The notes under the pieces: model-generated
The model's database searches: none
What the model saw: the letters and a program-made list of their open reading frames with translations, nothing else
Told to the model about the DNA's origin: nothing
Position numbers and translations under genes: made by a program
Shown here: in pieces, positions 1 through 14,555 of the stretch
Layout: the number at the start of each line of letters is the position of its first letter
Numbering within the stretch: position 1 is the first letter of the stretch
DNA from: Eledone cirrhosa
Lineage: Eukaryota
Direction: 5' to 3'
Assembly: GCA_964016885.1 (NCBI GenBank)
Contig: CAXHJY010000818.1
Location: forward strand, 131,679 to 195,678
DNA length: 64,000 nucleotides

Positions 1-567
1 CATACCACCTTCGTTGATGTTTCAGAGGTCCCAAGTCTTGCTAGTATGGTGCCATTGTTTTGGCACGGCTTCTATGGTTAGATGCCATTCTAAACACCAG
101 ACATCTAACAATGTACTGGAGAGTATCTTACCCTTTCTGACCCCCAACTGACACCCCTGGAAATACAATTCCATATGATAGAGGGTGGGGTTGTATTAGT
201 TGAGCCAGGTTAATCAATGTCTGGAAGAAATCCTGGCACTGGAATGGTGTAAGTTTTAAGATTATTGATGGGGTCAAATATGAAATATTAGGTTGAAATA
301 TATCAATAATCAATCAATAAACGTAATGAATGCTTAACAAATCGTCCTTGTATTATTATATTACACTGTCTAGCTCTACACCTTGCCACTGACGTGAACC
401 TAAACATCAAGTGCTCACCTGGGTGAACCTACAGTAACTTCATGTTACACTCCCAGGATATATATATATATATATAAAGGGTAAACAAATAACAAAAATA
501 ACAAGACAAACGGCACAGTACGTGGAAGAAATATATTAGTTTAATGCTTGAAATAACAGGGAGAGAG

Positions 568-603
568 TATTAACGTTTCGGACACTAGTCCTTCATCAGA
601 AGA
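568..603 (-). ncRNA. Ultra-minimal hammerhead motif
   Basis: Minus strand TCTT-CTGATGA-aGGAC tagt GTCC-GAAA-CG-TT/AATA. Decayed relatives at 62571-62606(+) and 15396-15433(+). Confidence 0.6.
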
Positions 604-948
604 TAGAGTTAGAAATAGAAGATAAGTAGAAAGTAAAGAGTGATGAGAGGAAGGAGCTGGGAGAATGAGAAATAAAAATGTCAATCAAAAAGGATTTTAT
701 CTTCTTCCTTTTACAAAAGTATCCCTCTTACATGTGTGTGTGTGTGTGTGCATGCATGTATATGTGCGTGTGTGCGTGCATGTATGTGTGTGTGTGTGTG
801 TGCATGTATGTGTGTGTGTGCGTGCATGTATGTGTGTGTGTGTGTGCATGTATATGTGTGTGTGTGTGTAAAGGAGTGTACGTGTATGTGTGTGTATAGA
901 TGATAAAAAATGACAGGTGACGTTGAATTAAAAATAAAAACAAAATCA

Positions 949-982
<34 letters not shown>

Positions 983-1843
983 GAGACATTTTGGAACATT
1001 CTCCAGATAGACAGAATTCCGATAACTTTCTTGTCTTTTCTCCACCTCCTCCTCCTCCTATCACAAGATTCTTTCTCTTCTTCACTTCCTCCTCCTCCCT
1101 CATCTCATGAAATATGGGTGGGAGAGGGTAACAGCTGTGTGGGGGAGGGGCGTAAGACTAGAAATTGTCTGCCACACACACAGTAGTAGTAGTAGTAGTA
1201 GTAGTACTAGTGATGATAGTAGTAGTAGTGGTAGTAGTAGTAGTAGCAGTTGTAATAGAAGTAGTAGTAGCAGCAGTCGTAGTAGTAGTAATAGTGGTAG
1301 TAGTAGAGGTAGTAATAGTAGTAGTAGTAGCAGTAATAGTAGTAGTAGTAGCAGTAGTAGTAGTAGCAGTAGTGGTAGTGGTAGTAGCAGTAATAGAGGT
1401 AGTAATAGTAGTAATAGTGGTAGTAGTAGTTGTAGTAGCAGCAGTAACAGTAGTAGTAGTTGTAGTAGTAGTAGTAACAGTGGTAGTAGTTGTAGTAGTA
1501 GCAGTAGTAATAGTGGTAGTAGTATAGTAACAATTCTAAAACACTGTAGACTGTAGTTCCCTGCGGTGTGGGGGCAGTGCTGGAGGGGTTGTGATGTATC
1601 CGAGACTGAATGAACGCCGGAGACTTGGAGACTACGCTAGGGATCGGAAAGTGAATGGAGATATTGTGGTGGAGGGAGGGGGGATTGTGGAGAAGGGAGT
1701 GGAGGGGGGGGGGGGGGGGGTAAGTTTTTAAGTAAGATACCTTCGGTTCCTTGGAGGTGACTCATAGTAAAGTCTCTCTCTCAATATATATACACACATA
1801 TATATATATACACACATATATATATATACACATACATACATAC

Positions 1844-1881
<38 letters not shown>

Positions 1882-1882
<1 letters not shown>

Positions 1883-2397
1883 AGAAGTTTAGGGAGCTGC
1901 TTCCTCTGCTGACGAAGAAGGGTTTCTCCCTGCGTACGAAAGGCCGGTTATATGATGCCTGTGTGAGGAGTGCAATGCTGCATGGTAGTGAGACATGGGC
2001 AGCAACTGCAGAGGATATGCGACGGCTGGAGAGAAATGAGGCAAGCATGCTCCGTTGGATGTGCAGTGTCAATGTGCGTGAACGACCCAGCATAAATGTG
2101 TTGAGAGAGAAACTGTGTCTGAGAGGGATAGAATGTAGTGTATGGGAGAGGAGACTGAGGTGGTATGGACATGTGATGCACATGGAGGATGACCGATGGG
2201 TGAAGAAGTGCCAGGAAATGCCAGTTGAAGGAAGACGTGGTAGAGGTAGACCATGAAAAACATGGGCGGAGGTGGTGAGAACAGACCTCACGGTGGAGAT
2301 GACGAAGGACCGTGACAAGTGGAGAGATGCTGAATAAGACCCGTCCCACCCTTGCAAGCAGGGAAGAGCGGACGTAGAATGATGATGATGATGATGA
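1882..2397 (+). mobile_element. 5'-truncated RTE-clade LINE 3' end with (GAT)n tail
   Basis: Translation ..GRLYDACVRSAMLHGSETWA..MLRWMC..RRLRWYGHVM..GRRGRGRP* is typical of the RTE/BovB ORF C-terminus. It has a premature stop and ends in gatgatgat. Confidence 0.9.
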
Positions 2398-2467
2398 TAT
2401 ATATATATCTATATTTATATCTATATAGATATATGTACATATATACATATATATACACACATATATG

Positions 2468-2532
<65 letters not shown>

Positions 2533-2628
2533 TATTTGCATGTGGAATTGTATATTTAAGGATTTAAGGGGATAGGTGGGATTCTTCCGTGTTCCTTTCT
2601 TTGCCTTTTTTGGTTTATAGTGTGTATG

Positions 2629-2671
<43 letters not shown>

Positions 2672-3834
2672 ATGTGTATGTATATATATATATGTGTGTG
2701 TGTATGTGTATATATATGTGTGTGTGTGTGTGTGTGTATGCGTGTGTGTTATACTTTTGTTTCCCACAACATTTTAATAAGCAATACAATTAGTTGTATG
2801 ATGACCTTTTACAATAGTTGTAGACTTGATATAATGAAGGTGGTGGTGGGGAGATGGGGTCAGTGGTGGTGGTGGTGAGCAGTGGGGTGGTGGGGCAGAG
2901 GGGGTGACAGTGGTGGGGGGACAGAGACGGGGTGACGCAGGTGGTGATGGTGGGGACAGATGGGGTGGGGTGGGGTGGGGTGGGGTGACAGTGTAGGTTT
3001 TTGATGGGTTTATATTTAATAGCAAACCCCCTGAAAATGTCCCTAGTTCTATGACACAAAACGGTTTATTTTAAAATGTTTATATTAGTCTAAAATTCTT
3101 CCATCATAATTTTATTTAAGAACGTGTGTTAAGTTATGTTCCAAACACTCTTGGTTCTATGATACTAAGTTATTCATTTTAAAATGTTCATCTAAAATTC
3201 TTCCCATTGAAAATATATATATATATATGTTGGCTGCAAAGTTCATATGCTGACTATGAAGGAGAGATGCTAGAGCTGTGAAATCTTGTATTTCAAATCT
3301 TTTTATTAATAACTGCATAGTTTCTTTCCAGTGATTATGTTGAAAAATAAACCTCATTAGAAATATGCTAACGAAATAGTTAAAAGTATAAAGTGATGTT
3401 AGCAGAAGACTGAACATGTCTACGCTCCATGGGAATTACCATTTACCAATCCTTAACCAACAGAGAATCATCATCATCACCGTTTAATGTCCATGTGGTA
3501 CAAGTCAGATCAGGTGACCATGTGTTGCTCATATAGAACTGTTTCTGGCTTGGTTTCTACAGCTGGATGCCCTCCCTAATGCCAACCACATTTACAGTGT
3601 GGACTGGGCACCTTTTGTCGTGACCCCTACATGACCACTTTACAGGGTTGACTGGAGCCTGGGGTGAGAGAGGTAGATCTAGGGTGGGATGGGGAGACCT
3701 ATCTGGTGAAGTGTGGGGGTTGTTAGGATGTAGGTGGTGTATGGAAGATGAAATGAGGGAGGCAAAGGTATGGGAAGGTGGTGCATACTAGAATTTCCAT
3801 TCTTTAGAACTTACACCATTCTGTTATTCTATAA

Positions 3835-4058
3835 AGGGCGGTCGATTGGCAGAATTAGTAGAGCATCGGACACTCTGCTTTGCGGCATAGAGTTATGGAC
3901 CTTTACATTTTGAGTTCAAATCGCACCGATGTTAACTTTGCCTTTCATCTTTACAGGGGTCGATAAAATAAAGTACTAGTCATGCACTGGGATCAATTTA
4001 ATCAACCTTCCTCTCCATCAAAATTGTTGGCCTTGTGCATAAATCTTTCACCATTATT
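3835..4058 (+). mobile_element. tRNA-derived SINE, family A
   Basis: A-box-like tggcagaattag, B-box gagttcaaatc and a core aactttgcctttcatc..ggggtcgataaaataaagtac that recurs at 33027-33170(+), 62708-62895(+), 28690-28832(-), 27255-27350(-) and 61635-61765(-). Confidence 0.8.
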
Positions 4059-5261
4059 CTACAAGACAACATCTGAACATTTCTGGTATTCATGTATCTT
4101 GTATCTTATCTCTGACTCTCACAACACGGCCATCTTTATTTTGGCATCACCAGAATAAGTTATATCAGTTGTGATCCTAATATGAAAATCTTCCCAATCT
4201 ACTTATCAAATTCTTCTTCTTCCTATCAAACAATTTATTCTCTATCACTAAATCTCTGCTCACTTTCATAAATGTTTAGCTAATTGCTTCAGCAATTACC
4301 AACCATGTCAAATAGCTTCCGGTTAATTCTTTAATCAAGTCCCTGTCTGCGAGTAGTGCAGGAAAATTGTAGAAATTCTAAGAATTATGTTGTTGTTGTC
4401 TTCATATTATTCTATCATTGTCGATTGTCGATAATAAACTTAATAGATCTGTCTATATAAACAACACCTGATCTGAAACTGTAGAAGTCATTAGATGATT
4501 TATAATACCATTAGCTGATAGCTTAATTAATATATCATCATCATCATCATCATCACTATTAATATCATTCCTTGTCACCACCACCATCACCACTGTCACC
4601 ATCACCACAACCACCACCATCACTGTCACCATCATCATTGTCATCACCACTGCCACCACCATCACCACCACTACTAAAGCCATCAATACCACCACCACCA
4701 CTACCACCACCGCCACCACCACCACCACCACCACTACCACCACCGCCGCCACCACAACCGCGAACACTGTTATCATCAGTAAAACAATACACACACATAT
4801 ATATATATAAATATATATAATTTAGAGCCCCAGCATGGGCAGAGTCCAATGACTGAAACCAGTAAGACAATAAATACACAACATATAGATATATACACAA
4901 CACATATATATACACAACACATTATATACACAACACATATAGATATATACACAACACATATATATATACACAACACATTATATACACAACACATATAGAT
5001 ATATACACAACACATTATATACACAACACATATATAGATATATACACAACACATATATAGATATATACACAACACATTATATACACAACACATATATAGA
5101 TATATACACAACACATTATATACACAACACATATATAGATATATACACAACACATATATAGATATATAAAATATTAAATTACCAGCAAAAAAGGAATGAG
5201 GGTCTGATGAATGGGAACTGCCACCTCGTATTCCGATTGTTGGGTCTGAAAATATAGAAAG

Positions 5262-5455
5262 ATTAGGGGTTAATAGAGGAGTTCACTATATTAGGGGTTA
5301 ATAGAGGAGTTCACTATATTAGGGGTTAATAGAGGAATTCACTATATTAGGGGTTAATAGAGGAGTTCACTATATTAGGGGTTAATACAGGGGTTTACTA
5401 CAGTAGGGGTTAATAGAGGGGTTCACTATATTAGGGGTTACTAAAGATGTTCACC
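5262..5455. repeat. 28-bp minisatellite (about 6-7 copies)
   Basis: Unit ttaggggttaatagaggagttcactata. Confidence 0.9.
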
Positions 5456-5672
5456 ATAATAAGACAGTATTAGTGGAAATAGAACATATATATATATCCA
5501 AAATTAAATTAAGGGTGTCATGTCGGAGAGACATGCGCCATATCCACTGTAGACTATGCTCAAAGATTCCCTACAAATTATTCCCTGTGTTTGTTTCATA
5601 TATATATATATACACACACACACATATATATATACACAGATATATATATGTATATATATATACACATATATC

Positions 5673-5705
<33 letters not shown>

Positions 5706-6224
5706 TATATATACACATATATCATATATATATACATATATAGAATCATATATATATATATATACAGAAATAGCCGTCGAAACGGCTTGAGCTCTGCCGT
5801 CGAGGTTAAACTTTTTCCTATACATATATATATATATATATATATATGTATATGTAAACACACACATATATATATATACATATAGTATTAGTTGAGCTCA
5901 CACACCACAGAAAGACAAGATGGAGTAGATACAAAAAGATCGAGAAACAAGGAAGCAAAAATAGTCATTGAGAAGGTGACAGGATGTGTGACAAAAGAAC
6001 TTTGACAATTAAATAACCACCCAGTTACTAAAGCAACTGAGCAATGCATTAGTTACCTGACTAATAATATAACTGAAATGAACCTCAAATAGTACATGTG
6101 TTTTTGTTGACAACATGGCCCTCCCAAAATATAACAATATCTGTTTTAACACACGTTTTCACATCAGCAGTCTTGCAAAAACAAATACATAAATATCAAA
6201 TAGAAGACAACAAAAAAACCTTAC

Positions 6225-6359
6225 CTTTTCGGCATATTTTTCTCCGTTTAAAATTCAACCCCGTCCAATTGGATGAAGAAAATATACTTATATTCATTTG
6301 TATGTTTACATCAACTTCAGCATTTAGCAAATTTGTGCAAGGGAGTTTCACTTTAAACA
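6225..6359 (-). CDS. RYK: RYK WIF-domain exon (third seen) with tetrabasic KRRK motif
   Basis: ccttgcAG|TG TTT AAA... to ...CGA AAA G|GTaagg; 135 nt, phase 1 to 1. Encodes (V)FKVKLPCTNLLNAEVDVNIQMNISIFSSSNWTGLNFKRRKICRK. The LNFKRRK.C motif is typical of Ryk/Derailed rather than WIF1. Confidence 0.93.
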
Positions 6360-8334
6360 CTGCAAGGATAGAAAAGATTACCAAACATTAGCATTTTTCA
6401 TACAAAACTGCTTGAAATTGTTTCTGGTTCTACTACACAAAACTGTTTTAAAGTGACTATATTTATCTAAAGATCTTCCATTATAATTTAATGTAAGAAT
6501 CTTTGTTAAGTTATGTTCCCAACAACCTGAAACCATCTCTGGTTCTACACAAAACTGTTTTAAAGTGACTATATTTGTCTAAAGATCTTCCATCATAATT
6601 TTAATGGAAGAACCTTTGTTAAGTTATGTTCCAAACACCAGCTTAATAATGAATATTTTAAAAACTCCAATTACCAACCACTTTACAGAGTGTACTGGGT
6701 GTATTTTATTATGGCAGCAATACTAGTTAAGTCTTCTCTCTCTCCCACACACACAAATAGACACACATATACACAAACATACATGCACACAAACATACAT
6801 ATACACACACAAATAGACACACATATACACAAACATACATGCACACATATATACATATACACACACAAACATACACACATACATATATACACACAAACTA
6901 ACATGTCTTTCTCCTGCTGTAAGCTAGAATTTAACAAAAAAATCTCAAAACATTTGACACTTTGTAAAGTGGTAAATATTTCTATCTAAAGACATCTGTG
7001 ATAATCTAATAGAACCACTTGAAATACGGCCATCATCTATCATTCTCATCACCACCACCATCATCTATCATTCTCATCACCACCACCACCACCACCACCA
7101 CCATCATCATCATCTATCATTCTCATCATCATTACCATCAATATCACCACCATTAGCATCATTGCCATCATCATCATCATCACCACTACCACCACCACCA
7201 TCATCATCATCTATCATTCTCATCATCATCATTATCATCATCACCACTACCACCACCACCACCATCATCATCTATCATTCTCATCATCATCATTATCATC
7301 ATCACCACTACCACCACCACCACCATCTATCATTCTCATCATCATTACCATCAATATCACCACCATTAGCATCATTGCCATCATCATCATCACCACCACC
7401 ACCACCACCACCACCATCATATATTATTCTCCTCATCATTACCACTATCATCATCAATATCACCATCACTACCACACCACCACCACCACCACCTTCAGAA
7501 TTATTATTATTATTAGTAGTATAAGTAGTAGTAGTAGTAAAATATAAAATAAATAAAAAGAATCATTATTATCATTATTATTATTGCATCTATTATCTTA
7601 TCTATCTACTTATTTAAAAAGAAATAAAATATGTCTCTAGCATGTGTTTCTGATGTGTGATATGACAGAGGAGTGGTGGTGTGGTGGTGGTGGTGGTGAT
7701 GGTGGGTGGTGGTAGTGGTGGTGGTGAGGGTGGGTGGTGGTGATGGTAGTTGTGGTAGTGGTGGTGGTGGTAGTGGTGGTGGTGATGGTGGTGGTGGTGA
7801 TGGTGGTGGTGGTAGTTGTGGTGGTGGTGGTAATGGTAGTTGTGGTGATGGTGGTGGTAGTGGTGGTGGGTGGTAGTTGTGGTGGTGGTGGTGATGGTGG
7901 GTGGTGGTGGTGGGTGGTGATGGTGGGTGGTGGTAGTGGTGGTGGGTGGTGGTGCTGGTGGTGCTGGTGATGGTAGTGGTGGGTGGGGTGTAGATGATGA
8001 TGACAACGATAAGAATATTGCCAATAATAGTGAAAAAAAGTAGTTGTGACAACACCACCACCACCACCTCCACCACCCTCATCCTCAACACCACCACCAT
8101 CACCATCGACATCATCACCAAACCACCACCATCCTCAACAACACCATCGACATCATCATCATCAACACCACCACCATCACCACCCCTCCACCACTTGACC
8201 CCCCCTACCCTCCTTAGAAAAACTGTTCAAGATAAACTAGAACTGGTTTACTTGAGATCTTATGATATCTCTCTCTCTCTTCTCCAAGACATTCTCTGGA
8301 ACAACAATAGAATTGGTGGAAACAATTTAAAGAT

Positions 8335-8368
<34 letters not shown>

Positions 8369-9349
8369 TCTTTCTTATTCTTCTTCCTCTCCTCCTCCTC
8401 CTTCTGTAATACCAAATAAATAAATAAATGAAATTATCTTTTATTTATTTATCTATTATCTTCTTCTTCTTCAATTCTTATCAATAAAAATTTCCAAGTT
8501 GATGGAAATAATCCTATTTTAAATAATTCAATTTTAAAGGTTGTTTTCTTTCTCAAAAACGAATTCTTATTTAAATTATCTTTTATTTTTAAATATTTTT
8601 TTATTTTTAAATATTTTTTTATTTTTAAATATTTTTTATTTTTAAATATTTTTTATTTTAATTTCATTTTTATTCAATTTTTTTTAATGAGATTGCTTTA
8701 ATGAAAGAAAAATACGAAATTTAAGGGAAAAATTAGGGGGAAAAAACTGACATAGAAGGAAAAATGAATAGAAATAAACAAACAAGAAAAATAAAGATGA
8801 AAAACGAAAGAAAAAAGAGAAAAATAAAAGTTGGGTTGGTGTGGGGGTGGTGTGGGGTGGGGGAGGGTTAGAATTGGCTGAAATCTTTGATAATTAGAGA
8901 GGAAAAATATTCTCTAAGTCTTTTAGTAAACAGAGTGAGTAATCTTTAACTGTTGTTAAGATGGTGAATAGCAGACTCGGTAGAGCACCAGAGAAAACAA
9001 AATGGCTTCCATAGATCATTATCATCATCATCATCATCGTTGTTGTTGTCATTGTCATTTAAAACATCTGTTTTCCCAGCTAGAAAAGGATTGGACATGT
9101 CATTTTAGACTGATCACTACTCAAACAAAACCTCTGACCTCTAGCTGGGCTGGGGACCCAACATATGTTCCTGCGCTCTACCGAGTACATTCAATCATGG
9201 CACTAACGCTAATGAGGTTGTCATGTCTATGGCTGAATGCCCTTCCTAGTACCAACCACTTTACAGAGTGTACTTGATGTATTTATCATGACCATCACCA
9301 ATGGCACAGCTAAAGTGTTCTGGTCTTTTTTGAAAGGTTTTATATGGCT

Positions 9350-9585
9350 GTTAATATAGAGTTAAAGATCAGCGAAAATGAGAATTTATGCCAAACAAAT
9401 GAGGAATCTGCAGATACTCCATCCTGGCTACACCTTTAGATTTCTACCTGTGGTAATTGGGTCTCTAGGATACATTACTAACTGCCTCAGTATAAATCTT
9501 GACAAGTTGGGCTTCACAGAACCAGAAAAAAACAACTAATTAATAAAACTGTAAATATATGTAAAACATTCCAGAAATTTAGCTT
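9350..9585 (+). mobile_element. Degenerate 3' fragment of an RLE-type (R4/Dong-like) non-LTR retrotransposon
   Basis: Translation YAKQMRNLQILHPGYTFRFLPVVIGSLGYITNCL..LGF, then KTVNICKTFQKF. The P-hh-IG-x-LG motif resembles the restriction-like endonuclease C-terminus. Contains a frameshift and a stop. Confidence 0.7.
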
Positions 9586-9611
9586 CACACATACACACAG
9601 ATATAGAATCC

Positions 9612-9649
<38 letters not shown>

Positions 9650-9890
9650 CGCATAACTCAAAACATACAGATTTACACATACAATATATATCCATACCCA
9701 TACACACACACAAACATACATATCTACCTAGTTGATGTCTAAATTCCAACAAAAGAGTCTCGTTTCTGTGTTTGAAACCACCTCTCTCTCTCTATTGACT
9801 AAGAATTGACAAATTGAAATAAATATAACCAGAACATGTATATATATATATATATATGTGCGTGTGTGTATATAAATATATATATATATG

Positions 9891-10002
9891 GGAAAATGTT
9901 TAACCCCGACGGCAGAGCTCAAGCTGTTTCGACGGCTATTTCTGGGCTCAGAAATAGCCATCGAAACGGCTTGAGCTCTGCCGTCGGGGTCAAACATTTT
10001 CC
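9891..10002. repeat. Inverted repeat (54-bp arms, 4-nt loop)
   Basis: ggaaaatgtttaaccccgacggcagagctc...tctg ggct caga...gagctctgccgtcggggtcaaacattttcc. Confidence 0.92.
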
Positions 10003-12954
10003 TATTACCCACTCTACTACCCTAAGTATTGAGTACTCTGATGCGTTATGGTCCATCCACAATTCCTTCGTTATATATATATATATATACACAACCATAG
10101 ACATACATACTATATATATATATATCAATTATATATACACATACAAACACACATACATGTTACATACATATACTATATATGTTATATACACACATAAGTT
10201 ATATCTGATTTTACACAACAATGAACATACAAGATGTTTACAATGTTGTAGATATTGTCATATATACACATAAAAACTAACCCAATAAACATCTAACACA
10301 GCTATATATACATATATATATACATACACACAAGCACATCCATACATACATATACAGTACATACATATATACATACATGACATATATAGAGACACATTTA
10401 CACAAACATATACATATATATATATATATATACATTACATACACACACAAGAACATACACACATATACAGACACTATTCTATCTCTGTCTAACCCCCCCC
10501 CCCCCCTCCACTGTTGTCTTCCAATTCCATCCCACATTTTAACATTCCTTTCTATATATCTTTTGTTCTGCAGCCCACCCCTCCCACCTCCTCCTCTCCC
10601 CTTCCTTTCCTCCCACCTCCTCTCTTTTCTTTTACTTCTTCCTTTGATGACTGAATACAACTTCAAAGTATGGAACAACAACATGACACAGCAGAGACAA
10701 GCCATAGTAAGTAACAACAACACCAACAATATGAAGCAGTAACAACAACAATAACAATGACACAGTAGAGACAAGTAACAACAACAATAACAATGACACA
10801 GTAGAGACAAGTAACAACAACAACACCAAGCAATATTCAACAACATCAACACCAAGCAGTAGTCAACAACAGTAACAACAACAACAACACCAACACCAAG
10901 CAGTAGTCAACAACAGTAACAACAACACCAACACCAACACCAAGCAGTAGTCAACAACAGTAACAACAACACCAAGCAATATTCAACAACACCAACACCA
11001 ACACCAAGCAGTAGTCAACAACAGTAACAACAACACCAAGCAATATTCAACAACACCAACACCAAGCAGTAGTCAACAACAGTAACAACAACACCAAGCA
11101 ATATTCAACAACACCAACACCAACACCAAGCAGTAGTCAACAACAGTAACAACAACACCAAGCAATATTCAACAACACCAACACCAACACCAAGCAGTAG
11201 TCAACAACAGTAACAACAACACCAAGCAATATTCAACAACAACAACATCAACACCAAGCAGTAACAACAAGAGCAACAGTTATAATGCTAAATATTAGTA
11301 AACAACAACAACAACAATAGGAAGGAGACTGTTTTTTCAGTCAGCTAGAAATAGCAGTGAAATCTCCCTCAAATAATATTTTAGCATCTAAAAAAAAAAA
11401 ACAACAAAAAATTCAAGGATGGAGTTATCTCCCTTGTTTATTATTTTTCTTAAGGATCCCCCCCCCCCGGCTTGGGGGATATTGTATCTACCAACTGATA
11501 TGAATAATTGTACAGGGTTGGCCTCCCGCAGGTGTGGGACCCGTGAGGTGGTGTGGCGGTTTCAGCATGTCTCCCTAGCTGTGCCCCGGGGCAATATATT
11601 CTCCATCCTGTGGGATGTCGGGACCCAGAGGTGGGGGGTGAGTTAGTTGGTGGGCAAAGCTAACCTCGACTGGATTTGAACTCAGAAGAATGGAAAGGGT
11701 TGTAACTCTATGTCGTAAAGCATGGTGTCCAATGCTGCTACTAATGATGTTGGTGATGTTGGTGATGGTGATGATGATCATGTTGGTGGAGGTGATGATG
11801 GTGATGATGATGATGGTGATGATGATGATGGTGATGGAGATGATGGTGTTGGTGATGGTGACAATGATGATGTTGATGGGGGTGGCGATGATGATGATGA
11901 TGTTGGTAGTGGTGATTATGATGGTGATGGTGATGATGATGATGATGATGATGGTGGTGTTGGTGTTGACAATGATGATGGTGTTGATGGTGGCGGTGGT
12001 GGTGGTGGTGGTGGTGGTGGTGATGGTGGTGATGACGATGGTGGTGGCAATGATGATGTTGGTAGTGGTGATGATGATGGTGGTGGAGATGATGGTGGTG
12101 TTGTTGATGTTGACAATGATGATGGCGTTGATGGTGGAGATGATGATGATGATGGTGTTGGTGTTGGTGATGATGATGATGATATCAAAATGGAGGAAAG
12201 GGCTAAAAAGACAACATTTTAAACACCTGTAATATGTTTCATACATAAACTAATTACAAGTTTAAGTAAATTTATCTTTGCTAAAGATCAAGTGTAGATC
12301 GATTTATTATGGATGAGGGAAGATTCAGTTTTTAAACACTACTTATTTTCTTGTTTGTATGTTTTCTTGAGAATTATTTCAAATTTTAAATTTGAATCTT
12401 TAGATACAATACTTAACGGGTTTTTTAAAAAAAATTGTTGCTTAAAAACATCCAAAAATATAATGGCTTGGTTCATGTTTTGGGAATAACAACTTTTTAG
12501 AGTGAAATGGTATCTCATAGCAAATATAGCAGAGATATGATAGTTGTTAAAATATTATATAGACAGTGTTGGTGGTTGGTTTAGTTGCTATGTGATATAT
12601 TATATTATATATTATATAGACAGCGTTGGTGGTTGGTTTAGTTGCTATGTGATATATATATTATATATTATATAGACAGTGTTGGTGGTTGGTTTACTGT
12701 TATGTGATATCATCATCATCATTTAACGTCTATCTTCCACGCTCGCATGGGTTTAGACGGGTATTGTCCCACTTGAGACAAGATTGGTCGGGTGACCATG
12801 TCTGGCAGGTTTTCTACGGCTGGATGCCCTTCCTATCACCAACAGCATTTACAATGTGTGCTGGGTGCTTTTTATCGTGATCCGTACACAACCTGACACC
12901 TATATACACACATACATATGCCTGTACTTATATATACATATATACATATATGTG

Positions 12955-13085
12955 CCGTATGGCTGAGTGGTAAGAGAATTGGATTCGCAATCGTTAGGTT
13001 GTGAGTTAAATTCTCCAACTGGATGATGCGTTATGTCCTTGAGCAAGACACTTTATTTCACGTTGCTCCTTCTACCTGGAGTTGC
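12955..13085 (+). mobile_element. tRNA-headed SINE, family B
   Basis: tggctgagtggtaagag..gtgagttaaattc..ccttgagcaagacactttatttcacgttgctcc; second copy at 61345-61480. Confidence 0.7.
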
Positions 13086-13184
13086 AACCGATAGATAGTA
13101 TTAGCAATTGGAAAGACCAATGGAAACATTGTTTCCTCGGCCCGATTTGACGAAAGTCGATCGTTCCTTTTTATATATACACAC

Positions 13185-13225
<41 letters not shown>

Positions 13226-13324
13226 TAAGTTACAGGGTTGGGTTGTTGGATTAGAAGTTGGGGTTAACAACAAAATTGACACTAACATCATCCAAAATAC
13301 ACACACACAGGCACCCCCAGATTG

Positions 13325-13356
<32 letters not shown>

Positions 13357-13872
13357 ACAGACACAGACACATACAGACATTAATCAGTCATTAATGCCTC
13401 CATGAATAAAAAGTAAAAAGGTTGCTGAGATTCTAGAAATTTCTCTCTTCTCATCAATTTCTTCCCTTATTATTCTGTCTCCTGCTATAGTTACTTAGTC
13501 CAATGGTGATTGATATATTGTTTATAGTGTATATATATATACACAGACAGACATATATGGTATGGGTATATACACACACAGACACATATGGTGTGTGTGT
13601 GTATACACACACACACATATTGTGTGTGTGTGTGTATACACACACAGACACATATTGTGTGGGTATATTTACACACAGATAGACACATATAGTGTGGGTG
13701 TATATACACACACACACAGGCACATATGGTGTAGATATGTATATACTCACACAGACAGACACATATATATAAGGTATGGAGATGTGAATATATATATATA
13801 TATACACATGCATATAAGGTGTGGGGATGTGGTGATATATATATATACACATATATATAAGGTGTAGAGATG

Positions 13873-13914
<42 letters not shown>

Positions 13915-14021
13915 TATAATATGTGGAGATGTGGTGATATACACAGAGACTCACAAACACATACAAACAGAGATACAGACACAAACACACACACTTACAT
14001 ACATGTGTATCAGGTGTGGAG

Positions 14022-14057
<36 letters not shown>

Positions 14058-14555
14058 TTATATATACATATATTTCTGTCCAAAGACATTTCTACAGCAA
14101 CAAAGGTCAAAAGGTGGTAGAAGTAACATCCACTTCTTCATCTCAACAGCAAAAGTCAACTTTTTTCTTCCTCCTTTTGTTTCCTTCCAGGTCACAGGGT
14201 CGGGTTAAAAGGTCCGAAGACCTAAAACTTCCAGTTTTGTGAAGTGAAGTGGATTAGATAGAAAATTTCCTTTTCAGATAAGGAGAGAGAGAGAGAGAGA
14301 GACAGAGAGAGAGGTGGTGGTGAAGAACTGAAGAAGTGTACTATCAAATAGAATGGTCTCTCCATAAAATCAACAAGATGCTAGCAGAAGACTTGAACCC
14401 AAGATCTGTTAGTCATTAATCATTCTTTTCTTAAACACATAAGTATTTAAGATGGCAGCTAGAATCATAGCAGAGTGTTTTACAATGAGTAAACCTTAGG
14501 AGATGCAAACAAGAGAAAACTGGTGTATATTATCCTTTTCTTTGCACAAAAGTAG

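Noticed and set aside
127-313. Possible next RYK exon ending at a GTAAG donor at 131
   Set aside because: No frame gives RYK-like juxtamembrane or transmembrane sequence.
5193-5255. CTGATGA...GAAA near 5204
   Set aside because: No convincing stem II, stem III or stem I arrangement.
5262-5455. TTAGGG-containing repeat as an interstitial telomere
   Set aside because: It is a 28-bp unit with a single TTAGGGG, not tandem hexamers.
12955-13020. tRNA gene
   Set aside because: A/B-box-like head continues into SINE body with no complete cloverleaf; treated as a SINE.
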